DNA of 52,722 nt from an uncultured Bdellovibrionales bacterium (lineage in GTDB: Bacteria; Patescibacteriota; Minisyncoccia; Moranbacterales; UBA2206): positions 7,433 to 60,154 of the forward strand of contig CAYTIK010000003.1 of assembly GCA_964438025.1 (NCBI GenBank), in the 5' to 3' direction. The notes below the pieces were generated by a model. That model was not told the origin of the DNA. It did no database searches and saw nothing but the letters and a program-made list of their open reading frames with translations. Positions 7,547 to 16,926 of the stretch are shown in pieces. The translations under genes and the position numbers were made by a program. How positions within the stretch are numbered: the first letter of the stretch is position 1; each line of letters starts with the position of its first letter.

Positions 7547-7891
7547 ATGCTTCCTTTTAACAATAGATTGTTTAAGAAGAGAGACTTTACTAAAGTTCAA
7601 AGACTGGGTTGTTTTTTTAATTCTGACCAAGTAAGCCTAAAGGTTTTAGAAAATGGCTTAAATGATGCAAGAATTGGTATTATTGTGGGTAAAAAATTCT
7701 CCGTGAAAGCCGTTGAAAGAAATAGTTTAAAAAGAAGATTAAGGGAAATCGCCCGCCAAAAAATTAAGCAAATAAAAAAAGGCTGGGATGTGGTAATTAT
7801 GGCTAAACAGAGCCAAGATAAGGTAAAATCTAGCGAGACCCTGGAGGTGGCGCTGGAAAAGATGCTTAAAGAAGCTAATTTAATTAATTAA
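7547..7891 (+). CDS. rnpA: RNase P protein component
   Basis: It is a basic 114-aa protein whose N-terminal region reads NRLFKKRDFTKVQ. It occupies the conserved rpmH-rnpA-yidC position. Confidence 0.85.
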   Translation: MLPFNNRLFKKRDFTKVQRLGCFFNSDQVSLKVLENGLNDARIGIIVGKKFSVKAVERNSLKRRLREIARQKIKQIKKGWDVVIMAKQSQDKVKSSETLEVALEKMLKEANLIN

Positions 7892-7922
7892 TTACCCGCT
7901 TTTCAATAGGCAGGGAAGAAAA

Positions 7923-8705
7923 ATGGTTATTTTTGATCAATTAGTGTATGTCCCCGTTTACAATTTACTCATTTTTGTTTATAATCTGTTGCCTTTTCAG
8001 GATTTTGGGATTGCGATTATTGTAATTACTCTGATTATTAAGTTTTTATTGATTCCTCTCAGCCGCAAACAAATTGAATCTCAGAAGAAAATGACTGAAT
8101 TGCAGCCTAAAATCAAAGAACTTCAAAAAAAATATAAAGACGATAAAGAAAAACAAAGCCGAGCGCTGATGGAACTGTATAAAACCAATAAGTCCAATCC
8201 TTTTTCCGGCTGCTTGCCAATGATTGTACAGCTAGTCTTTTTGATTGCTATCTACCGGGTGTTGTTTAATATTTCGCAGGCTAATTTGATGGTTGAGGGT
8301 AATATTTTGTATGGTTTTATTCAAAATCCCGGACAAATAGATAAAATGTTTTTAGGCCTGATAGATCTTTCTACAGCCGTGAATTTGGGCGAAATAACTC
8401 TGGCGGAAATGCCCAAGATAATTTTAGTAATTTTAGCCGCTCTCTCGCAGTTTTTCCAAAGCAAGATGCTTATGGCCAAGCAAAAAACAGCCGCCAGTCC
8501 TCAAAGTAATGAAAAAATGGATTTTTCCCAAATGCTCTCCAAGCAGATGCTGATTCTGGGGCCCTTATTGACTCTTTTTATCGGAATAAAATTCCCTTCC
8601 GGTTTGGCGCTTTATTGGCTTGTTTCAACAGTTTTCATGATTATTCAGCAATATTTTCTGGAGAAAGAAATAAAACTGACATCTTCCCCAAAACAAATTA
8701 AATAG
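7923..8705 (+). CDS. yidC: Membrane protein insertase YidC/Oxa1 (short form)
   Basis: It has a multi-TM profile and the conserved segment NPFSGCLPMIVQLVFLIAIYRVL. Synteny supports the call. Confidence 0.85.
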   Translation: MVIFDQLVYVPVYNLLIFVYNLLPFQDFGIAIIVITLIIKFLLIPLSRKQIESQKKMTELQPKIKELQKKYKDDKEKQSRALMELYKTNKSNPFSGCLPMIVQLVFLIAIYRVLFNISQANLMVEGNILYGFIQNPGQIDKMFLGLIDLSTAVNLGEITLAEMPKIILVILAALSQFFQSKMLMAKQKTAASPQSNEKMDFSQMLSKQMLILGPLLTLFIGIKFPSGLALYWLVSTVFMIIQQYFLEKEIKLTSSPKQIK

Positions 8706-8721
8706 TAACTGCATTAAAAAA

Positions 8722-9201
8722 ATGGAAGGATCGCAATTAGACAGTATTAAGTCTTTAATAAATGAGACTATAGCCAAAATGGGCTTTTCTTGCCAGGAAG
8801 TAGAAATCAGTCAAACTAATGATTCCAAAGAAGAGAGCAGTTTTAGTGTAAATATTAAAACTCCAGACTCTAATTTTTTAATCGGCCAATACGGAGTCAA
8901 TTTGCAAGCGCTGCAACATTTAATACGTCTTTTGGTGCGAGAAAAATTAAAAGAAAGAATCTGCTTCGTCTTAGATATTAACTCCTATCGAAAAGAAAAA
9001 AATGAAAGCATGGTCCGCTTGGCTAAAGAGGCGGCCGAACAAGCCATTAGGGAAAAAAGAGCGATCGTGATGCGTCCCATGTCTCCTTATGAAAGAAGAT
9101 TGGTGCATATGGAATTTTCTGGAAACGAACAGGTCCAGACCGAAAGTATTGGTGAAGGCGAAGAAAGGAAAATTGTGATTAAACCTCTAAATTTAGTGTA
9201 G
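8722..9201 (+). CDS. jag: Jag/KhpB-like KH-R3H RNA-binding protein
   Basis: The R3H region reads MRPMSPYERRLVHMEF. It lies downstream of yidC. Confidence 0.8.
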   Translation: MEGSQLDSIKSLINETIAKMGFSCQEVEISQTNDSKEESSFSVNIKTPDSNFLIGQYGVNLQALQHLIRLLVREKLKERICFVLDINSYRKEKNESMVRLAKEAAEQAIREKRAIVMRPMSPYERRLVHMEFSGNEQVQTESIGEGEERKIVIKPLNLV

Positions 9202-9206
9202 TCTTT

Positions 9207-10655
9207 ATGGCGGAAGTGGTGGGGAAAAAAATAGCACTCAACGTCTTAATCAACAGCTGTGCCAAAGTGCTGTCTACGATTTTAGCCTTGGTTTCAGTGG
9301 GGCTGATTACGCGTTATCTAGGCACAGAAGGTTTTGGTAATTATGCGACCGCCGTAGCTTTCTTGTCTCTTTTTTCAGCTTTGGCTGATCTGGGCCTCTA
9401 TAATATTTCTACGCGGGAAATTTCTCGCTCTGGAGCGGACGAGAAAAAAATCATGGGGAATGTTTTTTCCTTGAGGATTATTTCTTCAACCACGGTTTTA
9501 ATTTTAGCGCCGTTGGTAATCTTTTTTTTACCCTATTCGCGAGAGATTAAAGAAGGCATCGTTATTGTCGCCTTGGCCTTTTTGTTTTCTTCCGGATGCC
9601 AGGCATTTAATGGGATTTTTCAAAAAAATCTAGCGATGTATAAAGTGGCGATGGGCGAGTTAACGGGTAAAATTGTCCAAGTCGCTACGGTTATTTTGAC
9701 AATTATTTACGATTGGGGCTTTGATTGGATAATTATGGCTATGCTGTTAAATATGCTGGTTAGTTTTGGGATTATTTTTTTCTGGTCTCGGAAATATATT
9801 CAGATAAAATTACAAGTTGATTTTACTTATTGGAAAGAATTTTTAAAAGAATCTCTGCCAATGGGGGCGGTGGCCATTATCTCTTTTGTTTATTTTAAGA
9901 TGGACACGATCCTGCTTTCTGTGATGAAAAACGGAACAGATGTCGGTATTTACAATGCCGCCTACAAAGTCCTGGAAAATGCCACCTTTTTCCCAGCGCT
10001 GGTCTGTGGCCTAGTCCTGCCTATAATGTCACGGGACATTTTTACCAATCGGAAAAATTTTCAAATAATTTCCGACCAAACCTTGAAATTCTTTATTTTA
10101 TTAATTGTTCCATTGACAGTTGTTACTTTATTCTTAGCTGAAGGCATTATTAATCTGATCGGTGGTTCCGGTTTTGCCGAATCAGCATATGTCTTAAGAA
10201 TTTTGATTTTTGCCCTGGCTTTGATATTTTTAGGGCATTTTTTTAACGCCATCCTAATTGTTTCCAATTTGCAAAAAAAACTAATGCTGGTTTTGTTAGT
10301 GGCGGCCGTAGTTAATATTTCTCTGAACGCCATTTTTATCCCCCGCTTTTCCTATTTGGGCGCCGCCTATGTTTCGGTGGTTACGGAATTGATCGTGGTT
10401 TTTTTGACGGCCTATTTGGTTATTTCCCGGGTAAAATATTACCCCCGGGTAGACAAACTAGCCAAGATTATTTTAGCCGGAGGGGCGATGGGGCTTTTCC
10501 TTTTTGTTTTTCAAGGAAAGAATTTTTTTCTGCTGGCGGCAGCCAGTTTTTTAATATACTTCTTAGCTCTTTGGGCGCTGCGGGTGATAAAAAATTCGGA
10601 ACTTATGAGCCTAATCAGCCAGAAAGGAGTGGAAGAATATGAAGAAACGCCCTAA
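9207..10655 (+). CDS. Polysaccharide flippase (Wzx / MOP superfamily)
   Basis: It is 482 aa with about 12-14 TM segments and a polysaccharide-biosynthesis-protein-like N-terminus. It is followed by glycosyltransferases. Confidence 0.7.
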   Translation: MAEVVGKKIALNVLINSCAKVLSTILALVSVGLITRYLGTEGFGNYATAVAFLSLFSALADLGLYNISTREISRSGADEKKIMGNVFSLRIISSTTVLILAPLVIFFLPYSREIKEGIVIVALAFLFSSGCQAFNGIFQKNLAMYKVAMGELTGKIVQVATVILTIIYDWGFDWIIMAMLLNMLVSFGIIFFWSRKYIQIKLQVDFTYWKEFLKESLPMGAVAIISFVYFKMDTILLSVMKNGTDVGIYNAAYKVLENATFFPALVCGLVLPIMSRDIFTNRKNFQIISDQTLKFFILLIVPLTVVTLFLAEGIINLIGGSGFAESAYVLRILIFALALIFLGHFFNAILIVSNLQKKLMLVLLVAAVVNISLNAIFIPRFSYLGAAYVSVVTELIVVFLTAYLVISRVKYYPRVDKLAKIILAGGAMGLFLFVFQGKNFFLLAAASFLIYFLALWALRVIKNSELMSLISQKGVEEYEETP

Positions 10656-11496
10656 AGTCTTTATTATCATCTTAAACTACAATGGGCTGGAAGTGCTGAA
10701 AAAATGCTTGACCAGCGCCTTTAAGATTGATTATCCTAATTTCGAAATTGTGATAATCGACAATAACTCTTCGGACGGTTCCTTGGAAATGGCCAAAACT
10801 AATTTTTCCAAAGCAATTTTTATTAAAAACGAAGCTAACCTGGGTTTTGCGGCTGGCAACAACGTCGGAATTAAATTTGCCTTGGAAAGAGCGGCGGATT
10901 TCGTCTTAATTTTGAATAATGACGTAGAAGTGGAAAAAAATTTCTTGACGCAGTTAATGGACAATATGGCGGAAAATCAAAAAATTGGGATTGCTAGCCC
11001 GGTTATTTTTGATGCTCAAACTAAGGAAATCTGGTTTTCCGGGGGACGTATAGATTGGTGGCGAGTAAAAACGATCCATGAAAAAAAAATTCAGACGGAA
11101 AAGATTTTTTCTTCCCAGATTATTACCGGTTGCGCCATGCTGGTCAGAGCAGCGGTTTTTCAAAAAATTGGCCTGTTGGACGAAAGCTTTTTTCTTTATT
11201 GGGAGGATGCCGATTTCAGCTTGCGGGCTAAAAAAGCCGGCTTTCAAAATGTTGTCATTCCAGCCAGTTGGGTTTATCACTACGAAAAAAGCCGGGCCAA
11301 TCCCGAAAATAAAACCTATTGGCTGGTAATTTCCGGGCTGATTTTTTTCCGGAAAAATGCCAATCTTTTTTTTAAAACTTGGGGAAGCTTTTATTTGAAG
11401 CTGAGAATAATAAAAAACTGGCTCGATGTCAAATTTAAAAAAGATCAGATCTCTTTAGTGGTGCAAAAAGCTTACAGGGATTTTAAAAATGCCTAA
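10639..11496 (+). CDS. Family 2 glycosyltransferase
   Basis: It has VFIIILNYNGLEVLKKCL...IIDNNSSDGS and a DxD-like WEDAD motif. It overlaps the flippase by 17 nt. Confidence 0.8.
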   Translation: MKKRPKVFIIILNYNGLEVLKKCLTSAFKIDYPNFEIVIIDNNSSDGSLEMAKTNFSKAIFIKNEANLGFAAGNNVGIKFALERAADFVLILNNDVEVEKNFLTQLMDNMAENQKIGIASPVIFDAQTKEIWFSGGRIDWWRVKTIHEKKIQTEKIFSSQIITGCAMLVRAAVFQKIGLLDESFFLYWEDADFSLRAKKAGFQNVVIPASWVYHYEKSRANPENKTYWLVISGLIFFRKNANLFFKTWGSFYLKLRIIKNWLDVKFKKDQISLVVQKAYRDFKNA

Positions 11497-12280
11497 TTTC
11501 AAAAAACTGTCCATAATTATCGTTAATTATCAAAGCGAGCAATATTTAAAAAAATGCTTGGCCTCTTTTTTCCGATTTAATCCAGGAATAGATTTTGAAA
11601 TGATCGTGGTTAATAATGATCCGCAGGAAAAACTGGAAAAAATGAAAGAAAAGTTTCCCGAAGTAATCTTGATAAATTCTAATCAAAATAAAGGCTTTGG
11701 TGCCGCTTGCAATCTGGGTGTTAAGAATTCCCAAGGAGATTTGTTGTTTTTTCTCAATCCGGATACGGAAATTCTTGGCAGCCTGAAGCCAATTATTGAA
11801 GTATTTGAAAAAAATCCAGAAGTAGGTGCTGTCGGACCCAGGTTATTGGGAAAAGACGGGCGGACTCAAGAATGGAGTACGGGGGTGGAAGTTTCTTTTC
11901 TAGACTTGGTTAGAAATAATTTATGGCTATCGCGCAGTCGGAAAATTTGGGAAAGTCCGGTGCCGAGAGAAACTTTTTGGATAAGTGGAGCGGCGCTATT
12001 TGCGTCGCGAAAAGTTTTTTCTGAAATCAGAGGGTTTGATAAGGATTTTTTTATGTATTTTGAAGACAATGATCTTTGCCGCCGGATCAGGCAAGCTGGA
12101 AAAAAGCTGTTGTATTTCCCCAAAGTGACCATCCGCCACTTAGGTGGAAAAAGCAGCCATGACTATCAAAAGCAAAAAGAATATTTTTTTACTTCTCAGG
12201 ATTATTATTTTCAAAAACATTTCGGAAAATTTCAAGTTTTTTGTTTAAAGTTTCTCAGAAGAATTTTTTTAAGGAAATAA
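11489..12280 (+). CDS. Family 2 glycosyltransferase
   Basis: It has LSIIIVNYQSEQYLKKCL...VVNND and FEDND motifs. It overlaps the upstream GT2 by 8 nt. Confidence 0.8.
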   Translation: MPNFKKLSIIIVNYQSEQYLKKCLASFFRFNPGIDFEMIVVNNDPQEKLEKMKEKFPEVILINSNQNKGFGAACNLGVKNSQGDLLFFLNPDTEILGSLKPIIEVFEKNPEVGAVGPRLLGKDGRTQEWSTGVEVSFLDLVRNNLWLSRSRKIWESPVPRETFWISGAALFASRKVFSEIRGFDKDFFMYFEDNDLCRRIRQAGKKLLYFPKVTIRHLGGKSSHDYQKQKEYFFTSQDYYFQKHFGKFQVFCLKFLRRIFLRK

Positions 12281-12286
12281 AAGTCC

Positions 12287-13561
12287 ATGTTTAAACTTCT
12301 TTTATTATTGGCTCTCTATCTGCCCTTCCAAATCGCGCTCAATCCGAGTGAAGGTTTTGATGTGGCTTCTATTCGAGTAATTATTATAATCTTATTTCTA
12401 ATTTGGTTGGCAGGAGGCCTAAAAAAAAAGAAGATTGTTTTGCAAAAAAACATCCAAACCTTGCTAGTTAGTTCCTTTCTATTTTTGAGCCTTTTTTCTG
12501 TATTTTTTTCGGCTAACAGCGAATGGTCCGGGCGAAAAATTCTTTTTTTCTTTTCGATTTTCCCGATTTATTTTGTCGCCGCGAATATTTTAGACAGCCA
12601 AGAAAAAATATTAAAAATAGCCAAATATTTGGTGCTAGGAGGCAGTCTGGCAGCTTTTTTGGGAATAATCCAATTTTTCTCGCAATTTGTTTTTGGTCTC
12701 AAGACTGTTTATGGTTTTTGGGCGGATTATTTAGCGGTGCCGTTTTTAGGCCAAACTTTTTCTCAGGCGGTATTGCAAAATCCCAGCTGGCTGGTCAATA
12801 TTTCCGGCATTACTTATTTCCGAGCCACGGCTACCTTCCCTGATCCGCATATGTTTTCTTTTTTCTTGGGGTTGCTTATTCCTCTGGCCCTAGCTCTATT
12901 GATAGCCAGTCCTAAAAAAATTTGGTTTAGCGTAGTTTTGGGGTTATTAGTCTTGGCCGATTTGCTGACTTTTTCTCGCGGAGGATATTTAGGATTAGGA
13001 GCGGCACTAATAATAATGCCAATTATTTTTTGGAAAGAAATGAGTCAAAAATACAAAAAGATAATCCTGGGCGGATTGGTATTGGTGTTAATCTTTTTGG
13101 CGATACCCAATCCTTTTTCCGGACGATTTTTATCCAGTTTTAATTTCAAAGAAGGCTCAAATTTAGGCAGGATAGAAACTTGGAAACAAGCGGTAAGTGT
13201 TATAACAGAGCATCCGATTTGGGGAGTGGGTATCGGCAATTATCCTCTGGAGATAAAGCCGACGGCAGATTATCGCGAACCCATCTATGCCCATAATACT
13301 TATTTGGATATTGCGGTTGATTCGGGAATTGCCAACGCTTTAATTTGGATGGGAATACTGGCTTTTTCTATCCAGAGTTTTTTCCGGAGAGCCAAAGAAC
13401 ATCCGCTTTTCTGGGGGGCAGGCTTAAGCTTGATTATTTTTTCCGTGCATTCTCTGGTGGAAACGGCGATTTTTTCTCCGGTCGTGCTGACACTTTTTTT
13501 AATCATTCTCAGTTTTGGCAGTTGTCAGGGTGCTGAAAAATATAAATTTTCTCAAAATTAA
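12287..13561 (+). CDS. O-antigen ligase / Wzy-like polymerase family membrane protein
   Basis: It is polytopic, with the FSRGGYLGLGAAL and HNTYLDIAVDSGI motifs typical of Wzy_C. Its last two sense codons and its stop lie inside repeat family 2 copy A. Confidence 0.7.
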   Translation: MFKLLLLLALYLPFQIALNPSEGFDVASIRVIIIILFLIWLAGGLKKKKIVLQKNIQTLLVSSFLFLSLFSVFFSANSEWSGRKILFFFSIFPIYFVAANILDSQEKILKIAKYLVLGGSLAAFLGIIQFFSQFVFGLKTVYGFWADYLAVPFLGQTFSQAVLQNPSWLVNISGITYFRATATFPDPHMFSFFLGLLIPLALALLIASPKKIWFSVVLGLLVLADLLTFSRGGYLGLGAALIIMPIIFWKEMSQKYKKIILGGLVLVLIFLAIPNPFSGRFLSSFNFKEGSNLGRIETWKQAVSVITEHPIWGVGIGNYPLEIKPTADYREPIYAHNTYLDIAVDSGIANALIWMGILAFSIQSFFRRAKEHPLFWGAGLSLIIFSVHSLVETAIFSPVVLTLFLIILSFGSCQGAEKYKFSQN

Positions 13562-13680
13562 ACTCGAACTCCGAATTTTCTAGCCAAAAATTTTCCCACA
13601 CTCGACGGCATCCTTGGAAAATTTTTGGAGAAAATTCAGGTTCTCAAACAATAATTTTTCGAAAATTTATATTCTTCAAT
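13552..13680 (+). repeat. Repeat family 2, copy A (MITE-like, structured)
   Basis: It aligns without gaps, with most positions identical by eye, to the reverse complement of 31842-31980. The internal stem is CCAAAAATTTT / AAAATTTTTGG. The left terminal repeat has decayed into the upstream CDS. Confidence 0.6.
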
Positions 13681-13705
13681 AGTTTTAAATGTATAGCAGT
13701 ATTAA

Positions 13706-14869
13706 ATGAAAAAAGAAATTAAAAAAATAATCAATTTAGAAAATTTTGTAGGAGCAATTCTAACTCTTTTGCCATTGTATTTGGTAAAATTTATTTTTTT
13801 AGATATACCTTTGAATCTTTTGGAAATAATGATCCTTGCCGCTTTGGGCTGGTGGTTATGGGAAAAAAAATTTGGCAATCCAGAATGGAAGAGTTTTTTA
13901 AAAAACAATAAAACACTTTTGGGGTTAGTAGATATTATATTATTAAGCTTATTGCTTTCCACCTTTTTGAGCGGCAATTTAAAAATAGGGCTGGGCATTA
14001 TTAAGGGCTGGTTTATTTTACCACTTATCTTGGCCATAATTTCCGTGGATATTTTTCGAAATGAAAAAATACGCGCCTTAGAATTTTTTTATGGCGGCGC
14101 GGTCGGCGTGGCTGTTTTGGCGCTGCTGAGTTATAGCTTTAATCAAATTACTTATGACGGACGGTTGGCGGGAATTTTCAATTCGCCTAATTATTTAGCT
14201 ATGTATCTGGCTCCGGCAATTATCGTCGGCGCCGTATTATTTCAGGAAAACAGGAAAAATTACGCTCTTTCCTTGGCAATTATTTCCTTAGCTTTGTATT
14301 TAACTTATTCTTTTACGGCCTGGGCGGCTGTCGTGGCGGTTTTGGCCGGGTTATTTTTCTTAAGCGGTCAGCAGAGAAAAAATAAAAAATTATTGGCGGG
14401 GATTTTAATCTTGGGCGGGCTGGTATTTTTATTGCAAACCAAGACAGTCAAACTAAACGCCTTGCTGGATTTAAATGCTCGCTCTTCGCTAGTTTCCCGT
14501 TCAATGATTTGGGAATCAGCCGGAAAAATTATTACGGACAATCCGTTTTGGGGCATCGGGGCGGGCAATTTCCAAGAGAAATATCTGGAATATCAGAAAT
14601 ATTTCCCGCCTTATTTAGAATGGGCCGTCCCTCATCCGCACAATCTCTATCTGGCTTTCTATTTATATTCAGGAATTACGGGCTTAGTCTCATTCCTGTT
14701 GCTGATTTTTATTTGGATTAAAAAAATTATTTTACAAAAAAAAGGCGCGGTGTTCCTGATGGCTATAGGAATAATAATATATTTTCTCTTGCACGGGTTG
14801 GCGGATACGACTTATTTTAAAAACGATCTGGCGGTGATATTTTGGTTAGCCTTCTTTTTGCCGCTCTAG
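13706..14869 (+). CDS. Second O-antigen ligase / Wzy-like membrane protein
   Basis: It is polytopic and has the PHPHNLYLAFYLYSGITG motif. It is a paralogue-like neighbour of 12287-13561. Confidence 0.7.
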   Translation: MKKEIKKIINLENFVGAILTLLPLYLVKFIFLDIPLNLLEIMILAALGWWLWEKKFGNPEWKSFLKNNKTLLGLVDIILLSLLLSTFLSGNLKIGLGIIKGWFILPLILAIISVDIFRNEKIRALEFFYGGAVGVAVLALLSYSFNQITYDGRLAGIFNSPNYLAMYLAPAIIVGAVLFQENRKNYALSLAIISLALYLTYSFTAWAAVVAVLAGLFFLSGQQRKNKKLLAGILILGGLVFLLQTKTVKLNALLDLNARSSLVSRSMIWESAGKIITDNPFWGIGAGNFQEKYLEYQKYFPPYLEWAVPHPHNLYLAFYLYSGITGLVSFLLLIFIWIKKIILQKKGAVFLMAIGIIIYFLLHGLADTTYFKNDLAVIFWLAFFLPL

Positions 14870-14923
14870 CCTATGTCCAAACATATAACAAGGACGGTCC
14901 TTGAATTTAAGTTAAAAGATTTT

Positions 14924-16087
14924 TTAGAGGCTTATCCTGTAAAGTTTTCCGTCAACCCGGTTGACAAAAAACAGCAGGCTCTCGTCGGAATTTAAGAAAA
15001 GATTCTTAGCGTCAACCTGAGCGCTGATTTTTCCCAATTCAATCAGGCGGGTTTTTTCTCCGGTTAAAATATTTATTTTCCAGAAAGTATCGGTGGTGAA
15101 GAATTTCTGGGAATAATAATCGTTGGGCAAGATAGAGTTTTCCGGAATGGAGCCGGGTAAGGCGTAAAAAACGGTTTGGCCGTCTTTAGACCAGGCACAT
15201 TTGGAAATAAAGGTTGGAATTTCCAGGTTTTTGTATTCCCCGCCCCTCTCGTTGATAGTTGCCAGCTGCATTTTTTTGCCGGCTTTTTCCACGGAATGGC
15301 TGACTAAAGCCAAGGCTCCTTGGCTGTTCCATAAAAAATTAGCGCCGAATTTACCCTGAAAAATAATCTTTTTTTCCGCCGAAAGGGGCGAGACGGAATA
15401 AAAAATGGATTCTTCGTAAGCGTCTGACATTTTCCAGAAGGAAACTAATCCGCCTTGAGGAAGGCTGGCGGCGAAAACTTGGCTGAAATCCAGGCCGGTC
15501 AATTTTTTCCAATTACTGCCGTCTGGGTCGGCAACATTAAGAGTCGATTCTTTTTTGGCCGGATCGAAATACCGATAAATAATTTTGTTGGAATTTTGCC
15601 AGATCGGATTGCCGAGATTTTGGCTTAGATGAGCTTCTTTTTTGGTTGTAAAATTAAAAGAAATCGTTTGCGGCCCGCTATGGCTGGAAGAAATTTTAAA
15701 AAGAGCCTGTTTTTTATCGGGCGACCAGAGGATTTCTGCCGATTCCGGCAATTCTTTTTTTAAGATTAAAGTGCGGATTTGGCCGTCAAAAGAAAGTTCA
15801 TAAAAACCCTGGTCTCTGCGCGAATAATATTTCAAGGCTGAACCATCTTCGGCTAAAGTTGGACCCAGGGCTGGCTCATTAGCAAGTAGGGCCATTTTTT
15901 CTGCTGCCGCTTTTTTTTCTGCCGCAGGGGGTGTTTCAGAAACAGCAGATGGAGCGGCTGGCTTTTCCGGCGCCGGCTTGAAGATGAGGATATAAATTCC
16001 TCCAAAAAATAAAAGCAGGGCCAGGCCCAGGGAAGAGAAAACAAAAACTTTTTTGAGGGTGGACATGAAAAATATTTTTAAGTGCAA
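14924..16087 (-). CDS. Membrane-anchored TolB-like beta-propeller protein
   Basis: An N-terminal TM segment and Ala/Pro-rich linker are followed by PD40-like repeats (DPDGSNWKKLT, SKDGQTVFY). The likely start is the ATG at 16066, because the track start at 16087 is a TTG. Confidence 0.5.
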   Translation of the reverse strand: MHLKIFFMSTLKKVFVFSSLGLALLLFFGGIYILIFKPAPEKPAAPSAVSETPPAAEKKAAAEKMALLANEPALGPTLAEDGSALKYYSRRDQGFYELSFDGQIRTLILKKELPESAEILWSPDKKQALFKISSSHSGPQTISFNFTTKKEAHLSQNLGNPIWQNSNKIIYRYFDPAKKESTLNVADPDGSNWKKLTGLDFSQVFAASLPQGGLVSFWKMSDAYEESIFYSVSPLSAEKKIIFQGKFGANFLWNSQGALALVSHSVEKAGKKMQLATINERGGEYKNLEIPTFISKCAWSKDGQTVFYALPGSIPENSILPNDYYSQKFFTTDTFWKINILTGEKTRLIELGKISAQVDAKNLFLNSDESLLFFVNRVDGKLYRISL

Positions 16088-16926
16088 TTACAGCCAGGAG
16101 CGCTAGCATGGATATGATTCCCTTCGTTAATAGCTTTGCCGCCACAGCTAATTACTACTTGGCTAATTTGTGTGTTAGACGCGGAACTTCCCTTAGTAGA
16201 ATAATCCACGGCGCAAGATTGGCCTCCTCCAGTCACTCCGCCATAATGGCAGGAACCTTTTTTATGGAAACAACAGTATGTTTGTTTATTGGCAGTGCAT
16301 TGGATCCAGCTAGGGTGGGTGGCGTAGCAATCAACTCCTCCATTGCCATCGGAAATAGAAGATATCTGGACTTTTTTATTTATTTTGGCTAATTCTCCAT
16401 TAACACAGCTTATAAGATCATTAAGCTTGTCAGAAGCGTCCTGGCATTGGCCGGGAACCTGGTTGGAGGTTTTTTCACAACCGGTTTTTTCCGTCGGCGG
16501 CAACTCTGGCGGAGGGCCGGGAACAGTTGAAGGAGTTGGCGGGACTGCGGCGGCCATTTTAATCTTAACTAGCTCCGGATTGATAACATAAAGGATTAAA
16601 TAGGCCAGGAGGGCTAAAATTAAGCCCACAATAGCATCAGTAATGAATGTTTTGGCTTTTTCCATGCTGGCGTTATTGCCGCCCGAAGCGGCATACATAT
16701 AGCCGCCGATGACAATCATAATCAGAGCGCAAATGCCCACCGTCCAAATGCCGAATTTATAGAGATTGGAAATAAAGACCGTAAAATCAGCGGTTTTTTC
16801 AAAACCAGGGAGGGTTTCCATGGGGGTGTAATCTAAATTAGCCGCCGAAACAATCAGCCAGGGAAAGATAAAAATAAGTAACAAAGTCAGAAAAATAAAA
16901 AATTTAGTTTTTAGTCGGCTAGTCAT
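16078..16926 (-). CDS. T4SS-pilin-like (VirB2/TrbC-type) N-terminal module fused by a Pro-rich linker to a Cys-rich putative LAS/M15-type zinc peptidase domain
   Basis: The N-terminus reads LDYTPMETLPGF...FGIWTVGICALIMIVIGGYMYAASGGN...AIVGLILALLAYLILYVINP. The linker reads VPPTPSTVPGPPPELPP. The C-terminal domain has 12 Cys and the ordered motifs ISSISDG, SCHYGG..CAVDYS and GNHIHAS. Confidence 0.6.
   Translation of the reverse strand: MTSRLKTKFFIFLTLLLIFIFPWLIVSAANLDYTPMETLPGFEKTADFTVFISNLYKFGIWTVGICALIMIVIGGYMYAASGGNNASMEKAKTFITDAIVGLILALLAYLILYVINPELVKIKMAAAVPPTPSTVPGPPPELPPTEKTGCEKTSNQVPGQCQDASDKLNDLISCVNGELAKINKKVQISSISDGNGGVDCYATHPSWIQCTANKQTYCCFHKKGSCHYGGVTGGGQSCAVDYSTKGSSASNTQISQVVISCGGKAINEGNHIHASAPGCNCT

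Noticed and set aside
7358-7630. Track ORF of 90 aa on the minus strand.
   Set aside because: It is antisense to the clearly recognisable rpmH (7386-7523) and to the start of rnpA. The Arg/Lys-rich L34 codons give an open reverse frame.
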